10,031 nucleotides of DNA from a virus (IMGVR_UViG_2645727991_000007:1-10031), one strand, 5' to 3'; counted from the first letter of the stretch, positions 1-6,405 are shown. Program-made: numbers and translations. Notes: generated by a model from the sequence alone, not told the origin.

Positions 1-934
1 AATAAACGCCCTCACTCTCCCTGTTTTTATACCCGCCGTACACGGTGTCGTACTGGGTAGCGTATGTATTTTTCCAGTAATACGTCGTGTCACCACAAAT
101 CCACGGCACATCTGCAGCACTGCCACCATGACACTGCGCGTTAAACACAGTGAGGTCAGCACGAAACTGCTTCAGCATGGCTGTAAACAGCGCAGGTTGC
201 TGTGCGTAGGTGGCGGCGCTCATGTCAAACTCTCCCTGCATCCAGCACACCGCCAGCAACACATTTTTCGGGTTCTTCTGTAATGCAGCTTTAGTGCGCG
301 CAATCAGGTCCTGATATAACGGTTTACCCACACCCCAGCGTGCCGAATCCTGGCTGGCCCCCGCGTCCGCACTGAATGTCCCCTCCGCGCCCTGGGTGAA
401 TGCCGAACCACCACGACAGCATGGTACCAGCAGGATCCCCGCGTTATTCGGGATATACGGAAGCAGTTTTTTGGCAATATGTAAGCCCTGGCCGACACAG
501 CCGTACTGCCCTTTGCTCAGGTCTGCCTTCGGATGATTCAGCGTACTCATATCCTGCACATCATGCAGGCAGTGGTCGGCCGGAATAATATCGTTATATC
601 TGCAGGCAGCCCCACCCGGCGTCACTGTACTGCGGCGCGCCAGCTGTTTAATGCGCGGATCCGGAGCATCGTATGAATCCGGCAGCGGAAGCCCTTCACC
701 GTAAGCCATGGCATTGGATTGCCCGGCCAGTACGATGACGTAGTACCAATCCGGCTCAGTTGCACCACTGACCACCACATCACCTTCTGCTGTAATCGCC
801 TGCATCAGAGTATAAGGGGTTATGGCCACCGGACTACCAAACGGCTGCCAGCCCTCTTTCAGTTTGTGTGTCAGCTTTTCCGCAAGGTCTGACGGCGACG
901 CCGCCCTGACAACATCATAATGTTTAAATGTCAT
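1..934 (-). CDS. 5' portion (about 311 codons) of a prophage NanS-p-like sialate O-acetylesterase (SASA/SGNH esterase); 3' end lies beyond the window start
   Basis: Minus-strand frame is open from ATG 934..932 (SD GGAGGA, rev-comp of tcctcc at 939-944) to the window edge; absent from the ORF track because the stop is outside the window. Translation starts MTFKHYDVVRAASPSDLAEKL and contains VLAGQSNAMAYGEG, the GQSN serine block typical of sialate O-acetylesterases. Location after the phage tRNAs matches nanS-p placement in Stx-type prophages. Family call is from memory. Confidence 0.55.
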   Translation of the reverse strand, partial: MTFKHYDVVRAASPSDLAEKLTHKLKEGWQPFGSPVAITPYTLMQAITAEGDVVVSGATEPDWYYVIVLAGQSNAMAYGEGLPLPDSYDAPDPRIKQLARRSTVTPGGAACRYNDIIPADHCLHDVQDMSTLNHPKADLSKGQYGCVGQGLHIAKKLLPYIPNNAGILLVPCCRGGSAFTQGAEGTFSADAGASQDSARWGVGKPLYQDLIARTKAALQKNPKNVLLAVCWMQGEFDMSAATYAQQPALFTAMLKQFRADLTVFNAQCHGGSAADVPWICGDTTYYWKNTYATQYDTVYGGYKNRESEGVY

Positions 935-1118
935 TATTCCTCCCGGCCGGGATAGTGTATTAAATCAGATATGGAGTGGGCTGTAGTCCGGAAGCCTGAA
1001 TGACACACGGGGACTACAGCCCAAGAAATGAAAAAAGGCCACGCAGTTGCGCAGCCTGATAAACCCTGGTTAAAATCCACACGATAACAACACAACAATA
1101 TCAGTATCTCATGCTATT

Positions 1119-1143
1119 GCCCGAACCCATTCGGGCATTTTTT
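1119..1143 (+). terminator. Intrinsic-terminator-like hairpin, plus-strand orientation
   Basis: gcccgaa(1119-1125) / loop ccca / ttcgggc(1130-1136), perfect 7-bp stem, followed by a-tttttt (1138-1143). Confidence 0.35.
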
Positions 1144-1148
1144 ACCCA

Positions 1149-1176
1149 TAAAAAATGCCCCTCCGGAGAGGGGCAT
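1149..1176 (-). terminator. Rho-independent terminator ending the TerB-like/small-ORF unit
   Basis: Perfect 9-bp stem atgcccctc(1155-1163) / loop cgga / gaggggcat(1168-1176); on the minus strand it is followed by TTTTTTAT (plus A-run 1150-1155). Confidence 0.5.
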
Positions 1177-1355
1177 GTTTGCATACACATTCTTTTTCTT
1201 GCATGGTGCCGGGTGCCTCCCGGTGAATTCAGCCGGTGTCACTGAACCCGCGTCGGCTTGCCTATAACATAATAAATGCTACCTACACCAGTCGCCCCTC
1301 CGCACAGGGGGATTCACCATGCAGAAGTGTTTTTAATAAACAGCAAATAAAAAAA

Positions 1356-1523
1356 TCAAGCATTATGCAGGCTGTTTCTTTTTATCACCGGCCACAGCAA
1401 TACCACAATGCCGCAGACCAGCACCCCATCCGCCAGCACCGACATGATTCTGCTGGTGAAATCCACCATCACCACCAGAAACAGCAGGAGTGCAGCCACA
1501 GCCAGGCGCAGTTTTACCGTCAC
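1356..1523 (-). CDS. Small hydrophobic protein (55 aa, two predicted TM segments), GTG start overlapping the TerB-like stop
   Basis: Below the ORF-track length cutoff. Minus-strand GTG 1523..1521 overlaps the upstream TGA (GTGA); possible SD GGAG 9 nt upstream. Translation VTVKLRLAVAALLLFLVVMVDFTSRIMSVLADGVLVCGIVVLLWPVIKRNSLHNA, stop TGA 1358..1356. No homolog recalled. Confidence 0.3.
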   Translation of the reverse strand: MTVKLRLAVAALLLFLVVMVDFTSRIMSVLADGVLVCGIVVLLWPVIKRNSLHNA

Positions 1524-1949
1524 AGGTAATTCTCCAGACGAAGACCCAGAACACCGGCAATCTCTTCCAGCACCTTGCGCTCTTCCGGCTCAATTTCGCC
1601 GTCTGCCTCCGCAATGGCCACCGCCACATCCAGCACATCTTCCGCTTCACGCGTATCGTGTTTCACATCCTCAATCTCGCGTAACGCGGCACGACGACCA
1701 ATTTTAAAATTGGTATCCAGCTGACCGATAATGGTTGCGCTAATCGCATTAATTTCCGAGGTAAACGCAGACAACGCAGGCTGATTACGTAAGACCTGTT
1801 CGATCTTCGCTTTCTCGGATGCCTCGCATTCACCATCTGCATAGGCCACCAGGTATGCAGCGTTAATCACCGCCTGTGCCAGATCGCGTTTCTCAAACTT
1901 TTTAATTTCCGCTGCCGCTCTGCGGGTTTTCTTTTTGAAGATTCCAAAC
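1520..1949 (-). CDS. TerB-like (tellurite-resistance TerB domain family) protein, 142 aa
   Basis: ORF-track frame 1520..2023, trimmed to ATG 1949..1947 which has SD AAGGAA 7 nt upstream (the track start at 2023 is GTG with no SD). Translation MFGIFKKKTRRAAAEIKKFEKRDLAQAVINAAYLVAYADGECEASEKAKIEQVLRN... EADGEIEPEERKVLEEIAGVLGL, with the paired ADGE helix repeats typical of TerB. Family call from memory. Confidence 0.6.
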
Positions 1950-2083
1950 ATCGTGACGTTCCTTTGGGTGGGTGAGCCAACGCCCGGGAGCGATCTGCCC
2001 ACAGAGAAAGTCACACTGACCACTCCGTAAGCTCACCCCCGAAAGGCTCTGTGGTTGATATGCGCCGGGCGTGGCGCAGATAC

Positions 2084-2107
2084 AAAAAAGGCCCGCCGAA
2101 GCGAGCC
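2084..2107 (-). terminator. Rho-independent terminator downstream of the tRNA pair
   Basis: On the minus strand GGCUCGC-UUCG-GCGGGCC (7-bp stem with one G-U, UUCG tetraloop; plus 2090-2107) followed by UUUUUU (plus A-run 2084-2089). Confidence 0.5.
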
Positions 2108-2120
2108 TGGAAAATAAGTG

Positions 2121-2197
2121 TGGCGCGTTGTAGTGGAGTCTAACCACTGACCGATTGCTTAGAAGGCAATTGCTCTGTCCGACTGAGCTAACAACGC
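2121..2197 (-). tRNA. tRNA-Arg (anticodon UCU), 77 nt with encoded CCA; prophage argN/argO-type
   Basis: Rev-comp folds by hand as a cloverleaf: acceptor GCGTTGT/ACAACGC, D-arm GCTC-AGTCGGACA-GAGC, anticodon arm ATTGC-CTTCTAA-GCAAT (TCT anticodon), variable CGGTC, T-arm AGTGG-TTAGACT-CCACT, discriminator G, CCA. The T-loop has A where the conserved C56 is expected. Confidence 0.65.
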
Positions 2198-2278
2198 ATG
2201 ATGCTGATAATGGACCGCCACCGGGGACTCCGAATCTCGCACAGGGTGACGTTCTTTCCTGATGAGCTAGTGGCGGTT

Positions 2279-2354
2279 GGTGGCCCTTGCTGGATTTGAA
2301 CCAGCGACCTGGCGATTATGAGTCACTCGCTCTCACCACTGAGCTAAAGGGCCG
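2279..2354 (-). tRNA. tRNA-Ile2 (anticodon CAU; ileX/ileZ-like, likely scored as tRNA-Met by generic tools), 76 nt with encoded CCA
   Basis: Rev-comp GGCCCTTTAGCTCAGTGGTGAGAGCGAGTGACTCATAATCGCCAGGTCGCTGGTTCAAATCCAGCAAGGGCCACCA; cloverleaf with anticodon loop CTCATAA. Differs at only a few positions from E. coli ileX as I recall it; Stx-type prophages carry ileZ-argN-argO at this position. Confidence 0.75.
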
Positions 2355-2362
2355 ATAACATA

Positions 2363-2391
2363 ATGATAACGTTACAGAATAAATTCAGCAA
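2363..2391 (-). promoter_or_regulatory. Sigma70-like promoter positioned to start the tRNA transcript
   Basis: On the minus strand TTGCTG (plus 2391-2386), 17-bp spacer, TATCAT (plus 2368-2363); the -10 ends 8 nt before the tRNA 5' end at 2354. Lies in the last codons of the methylase ORF. Confidence 0.4.
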
Positions 2392-2393
2392 TA

Positions 2394-3092
2394 TCACTCT
2401 CTCTTTCTGATTAAATTCTGTACATCCCTTGCGGTCTGCTCAAAACGTCCGGTCTCCAGCTCAACGCCAATTGCACGACGCCCCAGTGCATTCGCTGCTT
2501 TGACTGTCGAACCGGACCCCATGAAGAAATCTGCAACCAGGTCTCCCGGACGACTGCTGGCGGTAATCATTTGCCGCAACATATCTGCCGGTTTTTCACA
2601 GGGATGTTTGCCCGGATAATACTGCACAGGCTTGTGCGTCCAGACATCCGTATAAGGAACGGCTGCCGATACGGAAAAATAACGCCGCAGTGATTTGTAC
2701 TCTTCCAGCAGGCTGGCATACTGCCGGTTCAGCTCACTGTATGTGCTGACCAGTTGGTGATGTGGCTTTTCCAGTTCACCCCGCTGATGTTTCTCTTCTG
2801 CCACCCGGGCAAACAGCACCTGAAGTTTTCTGTAATCATCCTCGTTCGGTAACTGCCACTGGCTGGCACTGAACCAGTGCGACACCATGTTTTTCTTTCC
2901 TGTGGCATCCACAATCTGTTTTGCCGTTATCCCCAGAGCAGCACGCGCATCACGAAAGTAAGAAATCAGCGGGGCCATCACATGCTGTTTCAGTGCACTG
3001 CCCTTCGCCGCATAACCACAAATAAAAAAGCCTTTACTGCGGAAGGCGTCTGTAACAACCGAACTGATAGTCTGCCAGACCCGCCATAACAA
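2394..3092 (-). CDS. DNA methyltransferase (N6/N4 amino-MTase family), C-terminal and target-recognition portion only; probably 5'-truncated or inactive
   Basis: ORF-track frame. C-terminal block HPCEKPADMLRQMITASSRPGDLVADFFMGSGSTVKAANALGRRAIGVELE matches the HP(T/C)xKP ... D(P)FxGSG(T/S)T ... GxE signature of this family. No DPPY/NPPY/SPPF motif IV anywhere in the ORF or in other frames upstream to 3354. The track start at 3092 is TTG; first in-frame ATG is 2978. Confidence 0.6.
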   Translation of the reverse strand: MLWRVWQTISSVVTDAFRSKGFFICGYAAKGSALKQHVMAPLISYFRDARAALGITAKQIVDATGKKNMVSHWFSASQWQLPNEDDYRKLQVLFARVAEEKHQRGELEKPHHQLVSTYSELNRQYASLLEEYKSLRRYFSVSAAVPYTDVWTHKPVQYYPGKHPCEKPADMLRQMITASSRPGDLVADFFMGSGSTVKAANALGRRAIGVELETGRFEQTARDVQNLIRKRE

Positions 3093-3231
3093 GCTGGGTC
3101 AGTATTAACTGGCAGCGTTCGCGTGAAAGATAAGTGTTCTGCGCAATTTCCTCGACGGTCGCCGGTTCGGTGACGCTTAATTCATTAAACACCACTCTGG
3201 CGGTTTCGGTCATATCCTGCTGTTTTAGCAT
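3034..3231 (-). CDS. Small helix-turn-helix protein (about 65 aa), PapI/FaeA-like winged-helix candidate
   Basis: ATG 3231..3229 within track frame 3034..3354. Translation MLKQQDMTETARVVFNELSVTEPATVEEIAQNTYLSRERCQLILTQLVMAGLADYQFGCYRRLPQ, with the TVEEIAQ...LSRERCQLILTQLV segment HTH-like. Start uncertain: ATG 3213 and the GTG at 3354 are alternatives; the SD is weak. Confidence 0.35.
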   Translation of the reverse strand: MLKQQDMTETARVVFNELSVTEPATVEEIAQNTYLSRERCQLILTQLVMAGLADYQFGCYRRLPQ

Positions 3232-3354
3232 GCCTTTTTCCCTTTTCCGGTTAACGTGACACACCAATAACTCTTGTCGAAAAAGCCAGCAAGCTGAAAG
3301 AACGGTATTAATAACCACCAGCGAATTTATTGCGCTGCTGTATATTACGGACAC

Positions 3355-3375
3355 AAAAAAACCACCTTCCGGTGG
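3355..3375 (-). terminator. tR'-like intrinsic terminator ending the short late leader
   Basis: Minus strand CCACC-GGAA-GGUGG (plus 3362-3375, 5-bp GC-rich stem, GNRA loop) followed by UUUUUUU (plus 3355-3360). Confidence 0.5.
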
Positions 3376-3472
3376 CTTCCTTGTGCGAAAAAACTTGCAT
3401 TTCGCCTCGCGATACAGCTTTGCGGAGCTTACAGGAATTCAAGCTGTTTCTGCGTAAAAAAGCAAGCTTTTT
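3376..3472 (-). promoter_or_regulatory. Putative Q-dependent late promoter (PR'-like) and leader immediately downstream of Q
   Basis: Minus strand after the Q stop: AAAAAGCTTGCTTTTTTACGCAGAAACAGCTTGAATTCCTGTAAGC... Candidate -35 TTGCTT, 17-bp spacer, -10-like TTGAAT; an AT palindrome AAAAAAGC-TT-GCTTTTTT; a leader hairpin GCGAAA-N9-TTTCGC; then the terminator. Element positions are tentative. Confidence 0.35.
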
Positions 3473-4015
3473 TTATCGAAATGAATCGTGCATAGGTACA
3501 TAAAGCATGTGTTCAGCCACGGCTAACCAACCTGCAATACGTTTCTCACATGTGCTGAAACACCATTCCGGGTGAGTACGATTTAAACATTCTGCCATTT
3601 TTCTCTTACTCATTCCCCGTCCTTCGTACCTTTGCCGGAGAATATTGATTAGCCCGGGATATTCCCCAAGCACCTCACTGATAACGCGATCAATAATCAA
3701 CGCCTCTGTGTCTGTACAATGTGACAACCAGCTCTTCTGCTTCCCTCTGGTCATATCCCGAAAAAATGCCTCAAGTTCCGGTTTTTCCAGCCCGGATTTC
3801 TTCATGCTGCGTAAAACCTCATTAACTGCTGTTTTCGTCAGCCTTTTCGAAACCAGTAACCGGTTAAACATATTTCCGGATTTACCCCCACCGATATACG
3901 ACCACCGCCCCCACATCCGTAATTTCCCCTGGATCCAGACTGCTTCCAGCGTGTTCAGGCGTAAATGTTCGCCGCTTTTGCCTGTAATTTCCGGATATAT
4001 CATATTTACGCTCAC
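3473..4015 (-). CDS. Antitermination protein Q (Q21/Q82-type, Phage_antitermQ-like)
   Basis: ORF-track frame; GTG start 4015 overlaps the rusA stop (GTGA), alternative ATG at 4003. Contains LRMWGRWSY (compare the ERWGAWA motif of Q82-type proteins, from memory) and C-terminal cysteines EWCFSTC. Sits between rusA and the late promoter/terminator, the canonical Q position. Confidence 0.55.
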   Translation of the reverse strand: MSVNMIYPEITGKSGEHLRLNTLEAVWIQGKLRMWGRWSYIGGGKSGNMFNRLLVSKRLTKTAVNEVLRSMKKSGLEKPELEAFFRDMTRGKQKSWLSHCTDTEALIIDRVISEVLGEYPGLINILRQRYEGRGMSKRKMAECLNRTHPEWCFSTCEKRIAGWLAVAEHMLYVPMHDSFR

Positions 4016-4371
4016 TCACTCTCAATTTTGTAAATCTTCACACCCAGCCGTCCACCAGATACTGGCTGACCACGTACAATATTGATTTCATCAAACTGCT
4101 CGTCATCAATGAGCACTCCCGCATGCGTCAGCGCATCCAGCGGTGCTTTCAGAATATTGTCCAGGTCACGACGACGCTTATCCGGTGGCTCTGCAATAAT
4201 TTTTATTGCCAGCCGTCCGGACAGGCTTAATTTCAGTCGCTGCTGGCGAACAATAAGCGCCACTGCCCGGCGATAACGCTCCCCGGCTTTTGATACAAAA
4301 TATGTGCTGCCACGGCGTCGCCAGTAAGTGTTCACCGTCGGCGGGTAAGGTAAAACCAAATCTATGAGCAT
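4012..4371 (-). CDS. rusA: Crossover junction endodeoxyribonuclease RusA (Holliday junction resolvase)
   Basis: 119-aa ORF, ATG 4371 with SD AGAGGTGA. Translation MLIDLVLPYPPTVNTYWRRRGSTYFVS...PDKRRRDLDNILKAPLDALTHAGVLIDDEQF closely parallels E. coli RusA (PDRRRRDLDN...DALTKAG), from memory. Confidence 0.85.
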   Translation of the reverse strand: MLIDLVLPYPPTVNTYWRRRGSTYFVSKAGERYRRAVALIVRQQRLKLSLSGRLAIKIIAEPPDKRRRDLDNILKAPLDALTHAGVLIDDEQFDEINIVRGQPVSGGRLGVKIYKIESE

Positions 4372-4383
4372 CAGTCACCTCTT

Positions 4384-5433
4384 TTACCCGAGCACGCCGG
4401 TTGCAAAGGCGTGATCAAGAAAACGAAAAATTAACTCAATCTGAGAGCCGTACTTTTTCTCAAACTCCAGCGGGTCTGCATGAAGTTCGTTGTGGTGCTC
4501 CCGGCACAACGGTAACGTGAAAATATCGTGGGCCTTTGTCCCCATTCCCCCCTGACCATGACCAATCAGGTGATGCGGATCGTCAGCAGGCTTACCACAA
4601 CACGCACACGGCTGTGTCTTTACCCAGCGCGTGTATTTCTCGTTAACCCAGCGGCGACGTTTAGGTCGTTTCATGAAAGATTCCGGAGACTCAGGATCAA
4701 CGGCAATGCTGACCACCGTCTTTTCCTGTGGTGGGTTCTGTTGCTGGTGGGCGTGAGGCAGCGGCGCAAGATTTTTTGTGCGCTGCTTCAGTATGCTGGT
4801 GGCGGTCTGCTCTCCCGGTACGATGTCGCTTTCACGGTACACTGAGCGGATTTTTTCCGCACGCAACCCCAGCGAACGACGTAATACCGCTTCCGGTAGC
4901 GCGTCCGCCACCTGATTGCGGACCGCCCACCAGGATAATTCAGCCAGAGATAATTCACGCTCCTGCGTACCGCATATTGCGTGACCGATGACGTCAATCA
5001 TCCATGCTGACAGGTTTTGATGAGCAAGTTGCTCGAGTGATTCGGATGTCTGGTCACGCAGCTGGTTGTCGCAGTGCCAGCACAACACCATTGCGCCGGT
5101 ACCATAACGGTGAATAACGGTTTCACTGTGATGATAATCGCCGTGTGGCCACTGGCAGGATTTAACATGGCGCAGTAACCAGTCAGACAATGCGCCAGCG
5201 CCACCAGCAGCACGAATCACCCGTGCGTTACTGAAAAACGGCAGCAATGTTTTGTCTTCCACTAGCGGCTGGCGAACGGCAGGGACGATGCCGGACGGCA
5301 GATTACGCATGCTTTTCGGTTCCGGCTCCACCAGTACCCGGGTATTGTGGAATACCGGCATGGATTCACGGCCCGGCTTAACGATCACCAGCCCGAGTTC
5401 CGGTACCAGAACAGGTCGAAGTAATACCCGCAC
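4384..5433 (-). CDS. DUF968-domain prophage protein (YdfU-like), 349 aa
   Basis: ORF-track frame; GTG start 5433 with SD GGAGG 4 nt upstream. MRVLLRPVLVPELG... N-terminus and C-terminal CACCGKPADDPHHLIGHGQGG...LPLCREHHNELH (HNH/zinc-like) match my recollection of Qin-prophage YdfU. Contains two plus-strand Chi octamers (4743-4750, 4795-4802). Confidence 0.75.
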   Translation of the reverse strand: MRVLLRPVLVPELGLVIVKPGRESMPVFHNTRVLVEPEPKSMRNLPSGIVPAVRQPLVEDKTLLPFFSNARVIRAAGGAGALSDWLLRHVKSCQWPHGDYHHSETVIHRYGTGAMVLCWHCDNQLRDQTSESLEQLAHQNLSAWMIDVIGHAICGTQERELSLAELSWWAVRNQVADALPEAVLRRSLGLRAEKIRSVYRESDIVPGEQTATSILKQRTKNLAPLPHAHQQQNPPQEKTVVSIAVDPESPESFMKRPKRRRWVNEKYTRWVKTQPCACCGKPADDPHHLIGHGQGGMGTKAHDIFTLPLCREHHNELHADPLEFEKKYGSQIELIFRFLDHAFATGVLG

Positions 5434-5434
5434 G

Positions 5435-5707
5435 TTACCTCCAGATGCGTTGCTGGAATGTGCGGGACGGACGCGGCGGGCGTTCGGAATAAAGGAGCCT
5501 GACGTAGATTATCCAGTGACGGTAGTCGAGGCTAAGGGCTTTCTTAAACTCATACCCACGTCTGCGGTAGTTATGAATCAGCCATTCGGCCTGTTCTTCA
5601 GTGCAGGGATCGTGCTGATACCAGTCATATTTGAATGTGTGAGAACACCGCCCTTGCCTGCTGGCAGGGGCGATATCAGAATTGTGATGTTTGGTATTGT
5701 GCGCCAT
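5435..5707 (-). CDS. Hypothetical protein (about 90 aa)
   Basis: Track frame 5435..5761 begins at a TTG; first ATG is 5707 (MAHNTKHHNSDIAPASRQGRCSHTFKYDWYQHDPCTEEQAEWLIHNYRRRGYEFKK...). TAA stop 5437..5435 sits 1 nt before the DUF968 GTG. No family recognised. Confidence 0.4.
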   Translation of the reverse strand: MAHNTKHHNSDIAPASRQGRCSHTFKYDWYQHDPCTEEQAEWLIHNYRRRGYEFKKALSLDYRHWIIYVRLLYSERPPRPSRTFQQRIWR

Positions 5708-5776
5708 CGGTTTTCTCTGCTGGCGCAGCAGGTGCCAGTTGTTCAAGCTGGCGTGCGGCAATATTGTCTCTGATTT

Positions 5777-5807
5777 CTGTTGTCGTCAACAGGCAACGTG
5801 CTATCAT
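5777..5807 (+). promoter_or_regulatory. Toxin-antitoxin promoter with palindromic operator
   Basis: -35 TTGTCG (5780-5785), 16-bp spacer, -10 TATCAT (5802-5807); perfect palindrome CTGTTG-tcgt-CAACAG (5777-5792) overlaps the -35; SD GTGAGG at 5831-5836. Confidence 0.45.
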
Positions 5808-5842
5808 CGAATGGTGTTCTATCCTACTCCGTGAGGTTTACC

Positions 5843-6100
5843 ATGCGTACAACCCAACAATTCAGCATTACATTAACTAACGAAATGGCTGACATGGTGC
5901 GCGCCCGTGTGGCTTCCGGTGCCTATGCTTCAGAAAGCGAGGTCATTCGTGAAGGGCTTCGCGCACTGAATGAGCGCGATAAAGCAATCGAAGCGTGGTT
6001 AACGCATTCAGCCGCCCCCTCTCTTGATTCTATCCGCGAAAACCCAAACAACGGACGCTCCATTTCACAGGTTCGCGCCGCGATTCGATCCGGGAAGTAA
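5843..6100 (+). CDS. Type II antitoxin, ParD-like (ribbon-helix-helix/CopG family)
   Basis: ATG 5843 within track frame 5780..6100. Translation MRTTQQFSITLTNEMADMVRARVASGAYASESEVIREGLRALNERDKAIEAWL... ; stop is 5 nt before the toxin start. Confidence 0.75.
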   Translation: MRTTQQFSITLTNEMADMVRARVASGAYASESEVIREGLRALNERDKAIEAWLTHSAAPSLDSIRENPNNGRSISQVRAAIRSGK

Positions 6101-6105
6101 TCTGC

Positions 6106-6405
6106 ATGACATATGAAGTCATCATTACTCCTGAGGCCGAAGAACAAATAATCAACCTGCACAGATATATAACGGAGAAAGCAGGGAACGTCATTGCTGA
6201 CAATTTTGCCAATGCGCTTCTTGATTATCTTGATGGGTTTTCTACATTCCCGCATCGGGGCAATAAACGCGATGATATTCGCCAGGGGATGCGGGTAACT
6301 CATTTCCGCCACAGAACGATTATTGCTTTTGCCGTTGATGGCAGAAAAGTCTTTATTGTCGGTATCTATCATGGTGGGCAAAGTTATGAAACCGATTTCT
6401 TATAA
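6106..6405 (+). CDS. Type II toxin, ParE/RelE superfamily
   Basis: 99-aa ORF MTYEVIITPEAEEQIINLHRYITEKAGNVIADNFANALLDYLDGFSTFPHRGNKRDDIRQGMRVTHFRHRTIIAFAVDGRKVFIVGIYHGGQSYETDFL; size, operon position after the RHH antitoxin and the C-terminal FxV...IxHG pattern fit ParE. Confidence 0.8.
   Translation: MTYEVIITPEAEEQIINLHRYITEKAGNVIADNFANALLDYLDGFSTFPHRGNKRDDIRQGMRVTHFRHRTIIAFAVDGRKVFIVGIYHGGQSYETDFL

Noticed and set aside
304-588. ORFs 304..498 (-) and 400..588 (+) inside the nanS-p-like region
   Set aside because: Alternative frame and antisense strand of the continuous esterase reading frame; Arg-rich shadow ORFs.
1236-1707. Plus-strand ORFs 1236..1529, 1408..1707, 1490..1684 and minus ORF 1363..1650
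   Set aside because: They overlap the TerB-like gene and the coupled small ORF in other frames; translations are His/Gln/Pro/Arg-rich, without start signals.
1902-2147. 81-aa minus ORF spanning the TerB upstream region, terminator and tRNA-Arg 3' end
   Set aside because: It runs through a tRNA gene and a terminator hairpin; incompatible with those better-supported features.
1356-2354. Shiga toxin genes (stxA/stxB) expected at this position in Stx phages
   Set aside because: Nothing between the tRNAs and nanS-p resembles an A-subunit of about 320 aa or a B-subunit of about 90 aa; the space is occupied by the TerB-like ORF and a 55-aa hydrophobic ORF.
2877-3089. 70-aa plus ORF and 61-aa minus alternative-frame ORF (2729..2914) within the methyltransferase region
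   Set aside because: The methyltransferase frame carries the diagnostic motif block; these are shadow frames.
3034-3354. Full 106-aa version of the HTH ORF starting at GTG 3354
   Set aside because: The N-terminal extension would begin inside the tR' terminator T-run and lacks a free SD. Kept only the ATG-initiated 65-aa core, with the longer form noted as an unresolved alternative.
3645-4378. Plus ORFs 3645..4085 and 4082..4276, and minus ORF 4178..4378
   Set aside because: Overlap Q and rusA in other frames; Ser/Pro/Arg-rich, no start context.
4528-4991. Plus-strand ORFs 4528..4845 and 4728..4991, and minus alternative-frame ORFs 4788..4997 and 4998..5213
   Set aside because: All lie inside the DUF968 coding region in other frames; the DUF968 frame has the recognisable motifs and tight operon junctions.
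5252-5773. 173-aa plus-strand ORF
   Set aside because: Entirely antisense to the DUF968 gene and the 90-aa ORF; Arg/Ser/Thr/Gly-rich low-complexity translation, no SD; typical shadow ORF of a GC-rich coding region.
5635-6381. Plus ORF 5635..5880, upstream extension of the antitoxin frame (5780..5842), and minus ORFs 5923..6381 and 6030..6212
   Set aside because: The antitoxin has a clear SD plus ATG at 5843 downstream of its promoter/operator. The minus ORFs are antisense to the well-formed TA pair and would run through its terminator-proximal region.
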